A DNA stretch of 63,253 nt, filler included, from Polymyxa betae A26-41 (Eukaryota; Protista; Endomyxa: Phytomyxea), in NCBI GenBank assembly GCA_003693705.1. It is 6 parts of 6 records of this genome, joined end to end, with 100 filler letters (N's around TTAATTAATTAA, not from the genome) between each part and the next. Parts side by side here need not be neighbours in the genome. Positions count along the whole stretch, not along the records: positions 1 to 17,011 come from RBZT01000124.1; 5 more parts are not named here. One strand, 5' to 3'. How positions within the stretch are numbered: position 1 is the stretch's first letter; the number at the start of each line of letters is the position of its first letter. The notes under the pieces were generated by a model. The model was not told the origin of the DNA. It worked only from the letters and a program-made list of their open reading frames with translations, and did not search any database. The translations under genes were made by a program, and so were the position numbers. Shown piece after piece: positions 1 through 11,900 of this stretch.

Positions 1-381
1 GAAAGATTGAAAACGTAGAAGATTACTTTTGTCAAAGCGAATCGAAAACAGAAAACAGCAGATAACACAAAATGTGGAAATGGAAAGAGCTGTAGCAGCA
101 ACTGAGCGAAAATCCAGAATCAAAAAAACAGAAATGATCCGGCCAGTCCCGCCTGACGAGGGCCGGCCTGTCTCCGACGGCCGAAGATATAAATTGAGCC
201 GAAAACCACAAAAAGTCGCAACAAAGTGATTGCAAAATTCTGACTCGAAAAGGATGAACAAATCAATAAGAGGATGAACAAATCACGAAGAGAATGAACA
301 AATCAACAAATCAAAACATTTCCAGAAAAACAAACAAAAAAAATTATAAAATGAGCAATAAAATTGCAAACAACCCACAAG

Positions 382-999
382 TTAAAACATTTCAATAAAA
401 CAAAACAACAATAAAAAGATTTCAACGTTCAATACCTCAGGAGGGACGGGATTATTAACGGGCCAGATCGGGACAGCAACAGCCGAGAAAGGCGGCGCCA
501 GCGGCGTCGAATTCCCGTCAGCGCCGTCCGCCACGATCGTCTGCACGACGGGAACGACGGCGGCGCTGGCGTGCTGGCCCGCGTCGATCATCAGCGAGGC
601 GCATTTCGTCAGAGCGCCGTTCGCCAGATTCGGGTCGGTGCATTCGGAATCCACCTCCGAATCGACGTTCGCGTCGCGTCTCAATCGCTTCCATTTCCGT
701 TCGAGAATCTCGCCGATGTACGAGCGGCGTTTGTCGCCGAACGTCATCTTCATGAGGGCGGCGATTCGGTCCCATTGGCCCGGGAACTGCTTGCCGTATT
801 TCAGCAGGGCCGCGCATTCGCCGTCGTCCCAGGCCGGACACCGTACGGCCTCGTTGTATTTCTGCTGAATGCTGCCGATCGTGTACAGACGCCGGTCCGG
901 GTACAGCTGCCGAAGGGCTTCGGCGATGCGCGGCCAGTCGCGGGGCTGTACGGCCGCCAGCTGGTACAGCGCCTTCAGCTCGTCATCGGTCCAGTGCAT
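382..999 (-). CDS. Myb/SANT-domain protein with two repeats; probably exon 1 (999-436) of a spliced gene
   Basis: ATG at 999. HWTDDELKALYQL..DWPRIAEAL..QQKYNE and AWDDGECAALLKYGKQFPGQWDRIAALM..ERKWKRL show Myb-type Trp spacing. Coding sequence is GC-rich. GAG|GTATT donor at 436/435, where composition switches to T-rich. Confidence 0.8.
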   Translation of the reverse strand: MHWTDDELKALYQLAAVQPRDWPRIAEALRQLYPDRRLYTIGSIQQKYNEAVRCPAWDDGECAALLKYGKQFPGQWDRIAALMKMTFGDKRRSYIGEILERKWKRLRRDANVDSEVDSECTDPNLANGALTKCASLMIDAGQHASAAVVPVVQTIVADGADGNSTPLAPPFSAVAVPIWPVNNPVPPEVLNVEIFLLLFCFIEMF

Positions 1000-2074
1000 G
1001 GGGCGGCAACGAGTCCGGACGACGGCGACGATCACGACAACGCCTCTCTCCCTCTGTCAAGATTCGTTGACCTAACGACCTTCGGCCCAATTTTCCGACC
1101 AGAAAAACTGCGTGCGCTCTCCAACCAAACCCTAGTTTAAGTTGGGTGGAAAGGGGGGGACAGTACGACGACGCTATGAAGCCTGTTGATGGCAATTGGT
1201 GCTGTTGCTGCCGGTTGGTATGAGCGCTGTGGCGGAATCCAGACTGTCCAATAAACCTTAGCGCCTGTCGGGCTAAGGTTTGTCGCTACTCATCCCTCTC
1301 TAATGTTCGACTGTTCCGATTTCGCTTTCTGTTATGAATTGAGTTTGGCCACAAAAAGCTGTTTGGTGAAATTTTTTGTTGTTTTTTCTTCTTATGCATT
1401 TATTAAGGAACTAATGAGCACTTTGTTGAGCTGGTTTGTTGAATGCAGGATGATCTGAAGGCAGCATTACGACTTTATTCAACGGCTGTGATGTATGCGG
1501 AATGGTTCAAGTTAGATGATTCGTCTATTGTGAGTATCGCTGATCATATGGCTTTATTCAACAATTATAACTGCCATTGCCGTGACGATTTGAATACGAT
1601 TGGATTGGATTGGATTATTCTAGTTCGTTAATTTTGGTCAACAGGCGGCGCTTTATCCAAAACGCAAGGCGCGATTTGAATACAACAGATGGATCTATCA
1701 ATGCTCTTGATCATTTTCCGATGCGAGTATCATGCTAAAGCAGCTCTGATATCCAAATGGAGCTTTCTACGATTACGATCAGGTTATAGGCAAGTCGAAT
1801 CCAATCACAGAGAGAGAAAGTTAGCCATTTGTTGAATTCTGAATTATATTGGAGAAGATTGGATTCTTTTCGAATTCTGAGTTGAATTGGAGAAGATTGG
1901 ATTCGGCTAATCTGTTGATATCAGCGGGCGCTGTGTTCGTAGCACAAGGCCCGAGGTACGCCGGACTGTTACGATAATAATCGTCACGCGCACGTTCTTC
2001 TGTTTTCAAAGATGGCAGAATCTCACCCATTGTTTCTTTTGGCTATAACAGATATAACAACTTCGCTTTATTTC

Positions 2075-2790
2075 GCATTTCTATCAAGGGAGTCATCTCG
2101 ATATGTGAGCTATGAAAAGGCCATCATTATTAATGATAACAACAAAATCAGAAATATTTCAGGAATCAATTCGAGTTTCAAATCAGCAATACAACAATCG
2201 AGTTCAATAGAAGGCAATCCAATTCAAGCTCACTAGAAACCAGTAAGAGGTCTATAGAAAGGAAGCCAAATTGAATTCGATATCAGAAGGCTCACAGGAA
2301 CCAAATCTTGTTCCATATCAGCTTGATGGGTTGTTTTGCTGGCGTCGAATTGTGATTATTGAACATCATCTTATAGTATTTTGACCGATCTAATCCTTAT
2401 AATCTCATTCACTGCTGTTCTTTGGAAAGCTTGTATGAATATATTTTGAGAATTATGGTGATAAAATGAGTTTCGATTGATTTGGCATTTCTATTAAGGG
2501 AACTATATCGATATGTGAGCTATGGAAACGCTATCACTATCAAGGCTAACATCTGAATATATCCGGAACCAATTCGAGCTTCAAATCAGCGATATAACAA
2601 CCATTTCGAGTGCAATAGAAAGCAATCCAATTCAAGCTCAATAGAAACCCGTTTGAGGTCTATAGAAATGGAGCCAATTCGAATTCGATAGAAAGTTACA
2701 GGAACCATTTCGTGTTGTAAATTTGCTGCTTCAATGAATCCATTTCTTGTTCCATTGCAGTTTGATGGGTTGTTTTGTTGGCGTCGATAG
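2075..2790. repeat. Diverged direct duplication of ~280-300 bp (2075-2350 and 2485-2790)
   Basis: Shared blocks gcatttctat..cgatatgtgagctatg, gcaatccaattcaagctca, gaggtctatagaaa and ttgatgggttgttttg.tggcgtcga. Confidence 0.85.
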
Positions 2791-3036
2791 AACTAATCTG
2801 GTATCAAACAAATGACATTTGTTGTTCTTAGCTGGAGAGATTGATGATGATAGAAATATAATGGAGCTTTCCCTAACATCGGAGACTATGTATAAGTCGC
2901 TTTGAGCGTCGTTGAGCAGCAGAGCGCTATTCAGAGCGGTCGTGGTCGTTCACCTCTTTGTGGCATCTATTGTAGAAACCAATGATGGGACGCGGCCTCC
3001 GAAAATCCAAACTGGAAGAGGCTCCGCAGAGTTCTA

Positions 3037-3067
<31 letters not shown>

Positions 3068-3088
3068 GTCTCTGTCTCTATCTATCTG

Positions 3089-3124
<36 letters not shown>

Positions 3125-3130
3125 TCTCTC
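3037..3130. repeat. Compound (CT)n/(CTAT)/(CTGTCT)n microsatellite
   Basis: Seen directly in the sequence. Confidence 0.95.
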
Positions 3131-3375
3131 ACACGATTCAGCTTCCTCTCACTTGCTACGAGAAAAGGTGAGAAACAACTGAATCAATAAAGCTGACTGC
3201 CTGTGCGAATTGTAAATGATGGGAACAACGCTCGACGTTGCAAATTTAAAGGCTTCCATGCTATCATTCTGCGATTAAACCGTTCATTTATTGAAAGAGT
3301 CGGTATTGGCTTGGCAGGCTGGAAATACTCTAGATCAATCTGGATAATGATTTTCAAGCAAGCGAGCTGATACAA

Positions 3376-3497
3376 GAGGTGGTGACGTCAGCAATCTCTG
3401 CCCAGTCAGTCAAACCCTAATTCAATGAAAACCGGGCGCTCTGATACGGGAGGTGATGACGTCAGCAATCTCTGCCAGTCAGCCAAACCCTAATTCA
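3376..3497. repeat. Two ~48-bp direct repeats, each containing TGACGTCA and AAACCCTAA
   Basis: gaggtg.tgacgtcagcaatctctgcc(c)agtcag.caaaccctaattca at 3376-3424 and 3450-3497. Confidence 0.9.
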
Positions 3498-3839
3498 CTG
3501 AATTTGCCGCCACTCGCCCGCTTGATGGCCTGTGATGGTCGGGACGCCAGTTGCTGTATAGTTGTTGCGTGTTTCATGAATGCGAAACGCACCAGAGGGG
3601 TATTGACATAAGCAACCGTCACGATCATGACATTTTTAAGTCTTTTTTTGTGTGGATTCATTTCGTTTTTGTGTGAATTCAACCAATATAATCTTTTATC
3701 ATGTAGAAACCAATACCGGTATGTCCATTTTCGATCGTCATATCAGATCACAGTTACGCTAACTGATAAATGAATCTTTATGCCATTTGAATTAGCCATA
3801 TAGAGTGGAGTCTCAATATACATAAAAATCGAAGATTTA

Positions 3840-6800
3840 TTAAACAGGTTTTGTGCTTTCCTCAAAAATTCGAATTAGAATCATGTTAGATCCGATATAT
3901 CTCGTATCTGATTCGATCACATCCATGAGAGCAGAAACGCCTTGATGTTTTAACAGGCGATCCTCGGAGGCCAAGTCATGACTCCAGCCTCCATTCAACT
4001 TCATCGCCTTGCAGCAGCATAACGCAATTCTGAAATCGCATTTGCCTTCTTGCATCAAGCTAATGCGCTATATAATCTTGTTCTGCGAGATCAGGCATGT
4101 TTTAATACATCAATAATAAAACTGGAGGCCCAGAACAAATTGCAATTTGCAACTGAGGACGCGGCCTCCGTTGGGTGAGCGTTTAGGGTTTTCAATACTC
4201 TTCTCGTCCTTCTTTCTCTGAATATGATTACTTCTCTAGAAAAGAGGGCTGAATCAGCTCAGCTGAATTTCCACTTTCTGATATGGGTCAGGTCTGGCTG
4301 TTTCCCGCAATCAAACAAATCGGCCTCTGATGTTCTCATCAGTCATCGTAGCTTTTGATTTCTGTTCTATTGTAGCCCAAACCCTAACAGAGCGATTCTA
4401 CATGAAGCGAATCGCGACGTTCCAAATTTATGGCTACATTGTTAGAGAATAATTCTATCATCGAATTGTCGATATCAAGCATGGGTCCGCGGGCCAGTAC
4501 GGCTTTCAACCTCTGGTCAATGATGTCGAGTGTGCGTCGTAGAATTTCGAATGTCTTACAAGACAGGTGATGGAGCAACCGACTCCCATCAGTCAAAACA
4601 AACCCTAGCCCGACAGTAGGCTTGACCCGGGTCGTGTTGGGAACGACTCATCTCTTCCCAGTGCCGCTCGACCTTGATAGAAGACCAGGTCAGGCTACTT
4701 CGCATATCCAGTGGAATGATATAAATCAATCAAACTTTTTAATAAACTACTCTTCTTACACCTTTCGGGATGGATCGGGGCGGAATGCATCATGGCGACT
4801 TCGGGACATCCGCGATAGAATCTCTTCAAGGTCGGAAATTGAATCGAGGATGTTCTGCTTCCCAGAGAAAAGTCGATCCTTGGATTCACGACTTTGATAG
4901 ATGCTCAGAGCGCTGGTCAGAATCATCAATCATTTTAAACCTCTCTATGTGTTGGTGAGCAGAAGTTACGCAAGCTCGTTGCTCTGCTGAGTTCCGTTAC
5001 TAAACGTTTTGGCATTAAACAGCTCATTTCCAGTCTGTTATCATATCTGAGAGATTCCGTTTGTGCAATAAGATTGAAAACCAATACGTTTCTATCCAAC
5101 CAATTTGATGGTGGCTACTGCCTAAAGTCGCCACAGATTGTCAATGGAATTTGATTATCATCTCCATCGATCTGAGCAATAGTCTTTCATACGTATCGGA
5201 ATTCCGAATCCTTCGAAAATAGAGTATCTCGACTCCATTATAATCTGCAACATTTTATCTCTTTCCATTTCGAAATGGAGGAAGATGATCGCCAGTTCCT
5301 TCTGTGTACGAATCGAGTTCCCATATGTGAACATCGTCAATCTGGAGGTTCATAATCTGGGACAGCGCTCTCGATGGACGATTTTGCTTCTCCAGCGCTG
5401 TATAGATTGGTTTGAAGGATTTTCTAACGAGATCTGTTTCTCCGCTTGGAACCAACAATAGAGTGAAGGCAGTTCTTGATCAGCTATGGAAAACAGCAAC
5501 AAATTATTGAGTGCCTGAGCACCTAGAGAACCTCAAATGCCGGAAGGAGTGGAATCCGATCACAAATAACCGATAGAAACTGGAATGAAGCTTCTTTGTT
5601 CCAGATTCACAGCAGGATCCCGTGACCACCGAATCCGTTTTTACAGTTTTTTTGCAGCTTGATTCTATCAGTTTTTGAAACCGTCCAGGTAGCACTGTCT
5701 TCAAACAAATGTCAAAAGAATGTGAATTTTTGTTGTAGAAAATATCGAAATTTGATTTCATGAATTACTCAACAGCCTCGATTATCTCTGTAAAAGCAGC
5801 TTCAATTCCCAGCTAATATCAGCATATTGTTTGAAGAGCAGCATCATCCTATCTGCTGAATTTACTGTGAACGAATGTGCTCAAATGCATTTCCAAGAAT
5901 CTGATAAGCATTAGGAGAATCGCTTGAATCGTGAGAAAAACAATCTCTGAGAATCTCCCATTAAAGTCGTAAATATCGGTCCTCTCTGTGATATCTAACA
6001 GCATTGAAACGAAGTCATCTAAATGCAATGTTGTATGACACAGAACCCACTTTTTTAGTCTAAATTTTTGCAGCTTAATACCGTCGAATTGAAAATAAGC
6101 TCTTGAAAAAACCTCTTTATCTTATCTAAATTTGCTCATAATATCATTTTCCTCATCAATCGCGTGTCATACATAAAGTTCGAGATAGGCAACGTTATAA
6201 AAAATAGAAAAGCAGCATAGTTTGAACGGCATCAATAAGATAGTGACAGCTCAGAAGGCTCTATGATCGTCGGGGGCGAGATTGTGAATCCAGCAGTCGC
6301 CTATGAAGATCGACGAAAGATTGTCGCAATTCTCGGCTGTTCATTTCTGCTGTCTCCCTTCTCCTTGTGCAAACAGCAGCAATTTGAGATTGCAACTGTC
6401 GGCGCGGCCTCAATTGGAGGCTCCGCCTTCTATTTTCTCGATTTCGAATGAAGAGGCCCCGCATCCTTCAATCTGAGATAGTGAGATTGCAACTTTGAGC
6501 GCGGCCCCAATTGGAGGCTCCGCCTAGTATTTTTCTCGATTTCGAATGAAGAGGCCCCGCATCCTTCAATCTGAGAGATCTCGAAGAGGCTCAGGAGACA
6601 GAGCAGACTCAATCAAGCTGATGGATCGCAGGGAACCATCTAAATTCAGTTTCGCTCTGTCAGTCCTCAGCGATCCCTCTCGTACGGTTTGAGTTTTCAT
6701 CCCAGAAATCTATATTGCGATGGATCTTGTCTTGAAAATCCCGATTCTGCATGACGGAAGCAAAGTCTGGCGCTTCGTATCTTAACGGTTTTATGCTATT

Positions 6801-7500
6801 TGAGCCCTTGATCATGAAAGCATCAACTATGAAGAATGATGCTGATAGAGTAGATGCGCTTTCCAGAATAGGGCCGCTTGTTGGTTTTCCATCACCCAAT
6901 CGGTGATGTTATAAACACCATCTGTTAACAAGTTATAATTCTCGATAAAATGGTTTTCAGACTTGGTGAATTTCTTTCACACAGAACGAAACCGAGCTTG
7001 ACGCTTCTGATGAAAGAATTCGTAAGGGAAGCTTTCTTCTTACGAATCTACATAAGAGAAAAAAGGTTCGATTCGATTTCGTTAATTGATATGAAGAGGC
7101 AGTACTGGGTTTGTCGTACAAGCCCTATAACTAAGCCTCTGTAACACCAATGAAGGAGTTCCGTTTCTGAGAGAAAAAATACCTGAGACCGAGCTGGTTG
7201 AAATTTGGTTACAGCTTGAAGGCGAAGAGTTAAAAAATCCGCAAATCTTCGTAGCTTTGTTTATTGGTTTTTGGAGCAAGCTTTGGGAATGGCGTCCGCC
7301 AGGCAGAATCGAATATGCGGTTCGGATCATCAAACGAATCGGATCGGACGAATTTGCCGCCCTGTCCACCGGACGGCTACCTCTAAAGCTTTTTGACCAG
7401 AAGTAGTCGGGCCTTCATATCTTCAGGTGCTGAATTGGAATTTTGAAGTGCGGAAATTAATGCCATACTCGAGAAAAGAACAAGAATAAGAATAATATTA
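3840..7500 (-). pseudogene. Decayed long intronless coding region(s) of unknown family, possibly secreted proteins
   Basis: Chain of protein-like minus-strand ORF fragments (7369-7082, 6899-6660, 5761-5504, 5458-5158, 4596-4384, 4058-3840). Hydrophobic leader NIILILVLFSSMALISALQ near 7500-7445. Confidence 0.35.
6387..6575. repeat. Two ~96-bp tandem repeats
   Basis: gagattgcaact...caattggaggctccgcct...ttttctcgatttcgaatgaagaggccccgcatccttcaatctgaga occurs twice. Confidence 0.9.
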
Positions 7501-8169
7501 CAAAAGATTCAAAAGTTTTTGAAAAAAAAAATTCAAAAAAAAAACTGATTTCCCATCATTTCACCCGATCCCTTCAAGCTCGTTTGAAATGATACAGCAT
7601 TGTATTCTCATAAAGTTTTAAAGCATTTTATTCTTTCAGTCAGACAAGCCTCAAGCTGATTATTCCATCCATTCAGGCGAATGCCGACCTTTGAAACGAT
7701 GCTTCGCTTTCTCGATCATAAGTCCGATTGTCACCTAGAGATCTATCAAAAGGACATAACTAGAGAGAGGCAATTTCATTGAGGTTACCGCTTCCTTAAG
7801 CTGTGGTGTAAAAGTTTGATTGTTTGAGATTTATCGTTGTATATGGTACAGAATTTTCAAGATTTTTTCTCGTTTTTTTTATATCCTTCACTTGCTGTTG
7901 TTTTTGGTGCGACTGATTCCTGTATATGGGTTTCTATCTAATTTAATCCGGGTTTGGTGTGGTCTCTATTAAGTCTAAGACTTGATGATTCAGATGTCAG
8001 ATTGGCAGCCGTACATGCGGACTGGGTCTGATTGAAATCACGCATACAGAGATCCGACAGCCAGACACTCTCTGGCTCGTCTTCTGATTATTCCAATTAC
8101 AGTTCTTTGGTGCTAAACTGGTCGTCTTAGACACATTCATTACATTGGGCGTCATGATTCCAATTACAC

Positions 8170-8904
8170 CTATAACAACCAACCAATCAGGATAATTATG
8201 ATGAGCATCATTGTATGTACCGAGTCTGTAGGTTCCAAACCAACACATTCATCCATGAGAAGCATCGAGCCCATACGAGACCGGAATCCATTCTGATCGC
8301 TCTCATCTAATGACCAGAATCCAGCCAGAGACGAACACATGAGCGGATCGAATTGATCGTAATAACAGGATAGCATTAGCTGAGAGTCAATACCCCATGG
8401 AATCTTGCATTGAATTTGTGTTGTATAACAGCTCTGTGAATATTGACAATCAGCATCAACTGAACATTTCTTTCCATAGATCAGGTTTTGGCACGTGCTC
8501 TGGAACGCCAGGAATCGTTCCTGTAGCGATTGCTCATTCTCGACCTGTGCCGCCGCCATGTTCGCCGTATTACTGTACGGAAACAGATTCAGGATGATCT
8601 TATCGGGATGGGAGCATTGATTAACAATACGATCCAATGTCATGTTCTTGATAATCGTGATGTTCGTAATTGGAGTATCGAGAGCGCCCTGCAAGAACGA
8701 GAACTGCTAGAACAGACTCGCATCAATTCCAGGTTCACCGCCGCCGCCGCCACCGCCTCCGCCATCGCCACTGCAGGTTCGCTGTTCGCTCTGTCGCGGT
8801 GCTGCTTGATGTTCTTGGCGGTGATCGGGACGCCGTTGACGTAGATGGGTTAATCGACTATTATCTTGCTTTAAAAAAGTTCCGAATTGAAAGCAGCTCA
8901 TCAT
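8170..8904 (-). pseudogene. Cys-rich extracellular-type protein fragment with an in-frame TAG
   Basis: ORFs 8904-8707 and 8694-8170 share a frame and are separated by one TAG (DASLF*QFSFLQGALD). CSVDADCQYSQSC..QCKIPW..SCYY..DECVG Cys pattern; poly-Gly linker. Confidence 0.5.
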
Positions 8905-11900
8905 TAATGATGAGACATTGTGTTAGAATTCTTTTATGTTAACATTCAAAACTAATATTCATTTTTTTCAAAAAAATCGCACTTTCGATTGCTGTTGTTG
9001 AAATGGTGAAAGCGTCTGATTTCTCTATAATTGCCGAATTCAGAAATGCATCGATGTCATAATCGTTTTAGGACATATTAACTCTGCTCGTTTCCCAGGA
9101 TTTAACGAGCAAACATTCCGTTGAAGAATTTCTAAGATTATTGTTTGGAATGTTGGCTGAGCTGGCCGTGGTACTAACAGCATTATCAGGCTGCTCTGGT
9201 TCGCTTTTTCTGATTGCTTCTGTAAACAATCAACAGAAAATCTCTGTGATTGTTTGTTGTCGAAATGTGTTGTTGCTTGGTGGAGATCTCCAATTCATTT
9301 TGTCTTTAGATTCTTCAGTACGGTGGTTGTATGGTGTCAAAAGATTTGTTGGACTTTGCATATTTCGTGCTTCTTGCAATGTGCAACGGCCCCAGATCAT
9401 CCCTCTCAACACCCAGGAATGCATCACACTACAGCTCTTCACACGAAACAGAATCCATTTGACCAAGATAAAATCGTACCGAAGTTTAACAGTTTAAATA
9501 CGATGACGTGTCTTTCGAAATCGGAGCTTTTAGGTGTTTCACTATGTTGAAAATCTCTTTCGTACTTCCTGCTGCATCCATAATTTGCTTAGAATTATCG
9601 AATTACGCTGTCGGCTTTTGTGTGTCTCTGGGTGTTTACCCGGTTGAAGTTCATTGAGAATAAAATCTCTGTTTTGTGTGACTTCATTTGTTGCATCGTG
9701 TGTTATTGGATGATGTGATCCCTTTATATTTTAGAAAGCGGTTTGTAATATGTTTTGAACTTTTTTGACTTCTGACCATGGGCTGTGGGCGGCTCGATTG
9801 CCTTTTTGGTAGGGCGTCTGGAATAATGATCGCAGACTAGAAGCCATGTAGTCCAGTGACAGCAGCACGGCGAGGGTTGCAACAATGCTCGTTCTTGTAC
9901 CTATCGTATAGAAACCAGATCGCAGGAATGGAGGATATCAAAATCGGATAGAAATAATACATTTGCAGATTAAGGCAGATAGGATCACATTCGATAGGCT
10001 GAAAATCAATTCGAAAGTTACCAGTCATAAAATATATGATCTGAGCGTAAGGCAATACGGAGGACTAAACAGTGGCAGATTTTCAATCCATATAGAAGTC
10101 AAGGGCTGAAGTGCATTCCGTCTTCCGGAGAAAACGTAAATTCTGTTTTCAACAGGAATGATGGTCCAAGTAAGCCTTTGAAACGTGGGCTCTCTGTGAC
10201 GCACGCCCTTTTGAAAGCAAAAAACGCCGGAGTTCTGGGGTTTCAGAAGCTTTGGAAGCCTCTGAGACCCATAACAAAAGGACGAAGCGACTATGGTAAC
10301 GTTACTGGTTCTAGTATTCATCTAATTCTGTCCTATTGTTGTTCTTCATTTGTCATTGCAATTCGACTGTTTATTGGCTTTCTTAGACCCATATTTTAAA
10401 TGAAAATTGTCTCATTGTTTATTAAAAAATGATGCAGTCATACCCCCTGTTTTGGGGTAAAATTTGGTTTGAAGATGTTGCTTTCAAGATATTGAAGTTC
10501 TCTGGCGTCATCGGCGGAGATCCCTTAATTTGATTGAAGTAGTATATGCCCTTGTTGAATGTTGATTTGTTTAGAGCAAGGACGTACGCCGGGCATTTCG
10601 TCCAACGTCCATTTTCTTCTGGGACTGCTGCTTCACTTATCCATCCTCCTATAATTACTACTGTTTGTCCAACCGCAGGTTCAGATGCGACTTTCTCGCA
10701 TGAATAGATAGTTTAGGGCCGATTCCGTTTCCATCTACACCTTCAACCGCCAGCTGAATGTATGCTGGTCTGGGTGTCCGATCAGAACGCGTATCTGCTC
10801 CAAAGTAGCAAATGTTGAATTTCTTTGCTATTATGCTGATGCTTGATTTTTCTCCATATTCTGTAGGATTATTCCATCGTGTTGCTATTTCATCTGGATT
10901 CGTTATCCAGATAACTGCAGTAGATTCTCCTATATTGAATCCTGATCGCCTTAGTAACGCAGCTACCCCGTTATGTTTCCATCTATACCTCGGCAGTTCT
11001 GTAGTTTTTTGTCATTAAACTCGATTTTTTGACAAGATTGGGCTTGCTTCGGCACCGTCCGCACCGAACATAGCAGGAAGCTGTAGGCTCAATTTTGACT
11101 CCATAATTACAGATTAAAACGTCTTCGGAGCCGGTATCAATGAGAACATTATCAACAAAACCGTGAATAAAGCTCCCGTTGGCGGAATCGAACAGTTCCC
11201 ACCGACATGTCCATCTCCCATAGGTTTAAACTCCTTTCCCAGGCGAATCAAGAAAGAGATCTTCGTACCAGTCAGGTGTGAGGAGTTAATTACTTCTAAA
11301 AGCCGCGAAATTGAACATTCCCTGCAAACATTCGGCCGTCTCTCAGATTAAGAATACCAACATCCAAATAACTCTGGATGGTCGTCAGTAGAATCTGCGC
11401 TCTGGACTCCACAGCAACTAGCTGACCAAAATATACAATAATAGCTCCACAGCTGTTCCAGGGCCTATTTAAACAACACTACACAGTCGCAGCACGGCCA
11501 TGTAGTTTTCAAACGAGCTGATCAAAATGGCTCCGGAATCTTTCTTAGTTCGGCAGTCCTAGCGCGAAGTTTCTCCATAGCAGTTCGGGTAATGTCGGTA
11601 GCCGTGGTTGATCTTGGCGAGCAGGATCAGATGGTTGCACAGACGATTGTGTAGGTCCAGACATTAGACACATGTTGATGAATGACAAAATAGTGCGCAC
11701 CCCTATTTGTCGTCTGTCGTTATAGTCTCCTACTTACGAAAGGTTTTACAATTAATTGAAGTACGATTTACTCCCGATGGATTCCAGGACCTAAAATCTC
11801 GTCCAGGCTGTCCAAGAACGTTTCGTGCGTCCTGACTCCGGACGATGACTTACACAATTGGCGCCGCCGCTTGGCCCTTTTGTGGTATTTGGTCCGGATC

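Noticed and set aside
140-200. Hammerhead-like CTGACGA-GGGCCG..CGGCC-GAAG
   Set aside because: It has GAAG rather than GAAA, an extra base before stem II, and no convincing stems I/III or cleavage triplet.
518-1140. Overlapping ORFs 571-1140(+), 518-841(-) and 638-868(+)
   Set aside because: These are shadow frames of the GC-rich Myb coding sequence.
2912-3190. ORFs with SLSLSL runs
   Set aside because: They are translations of the CT microsatellite.
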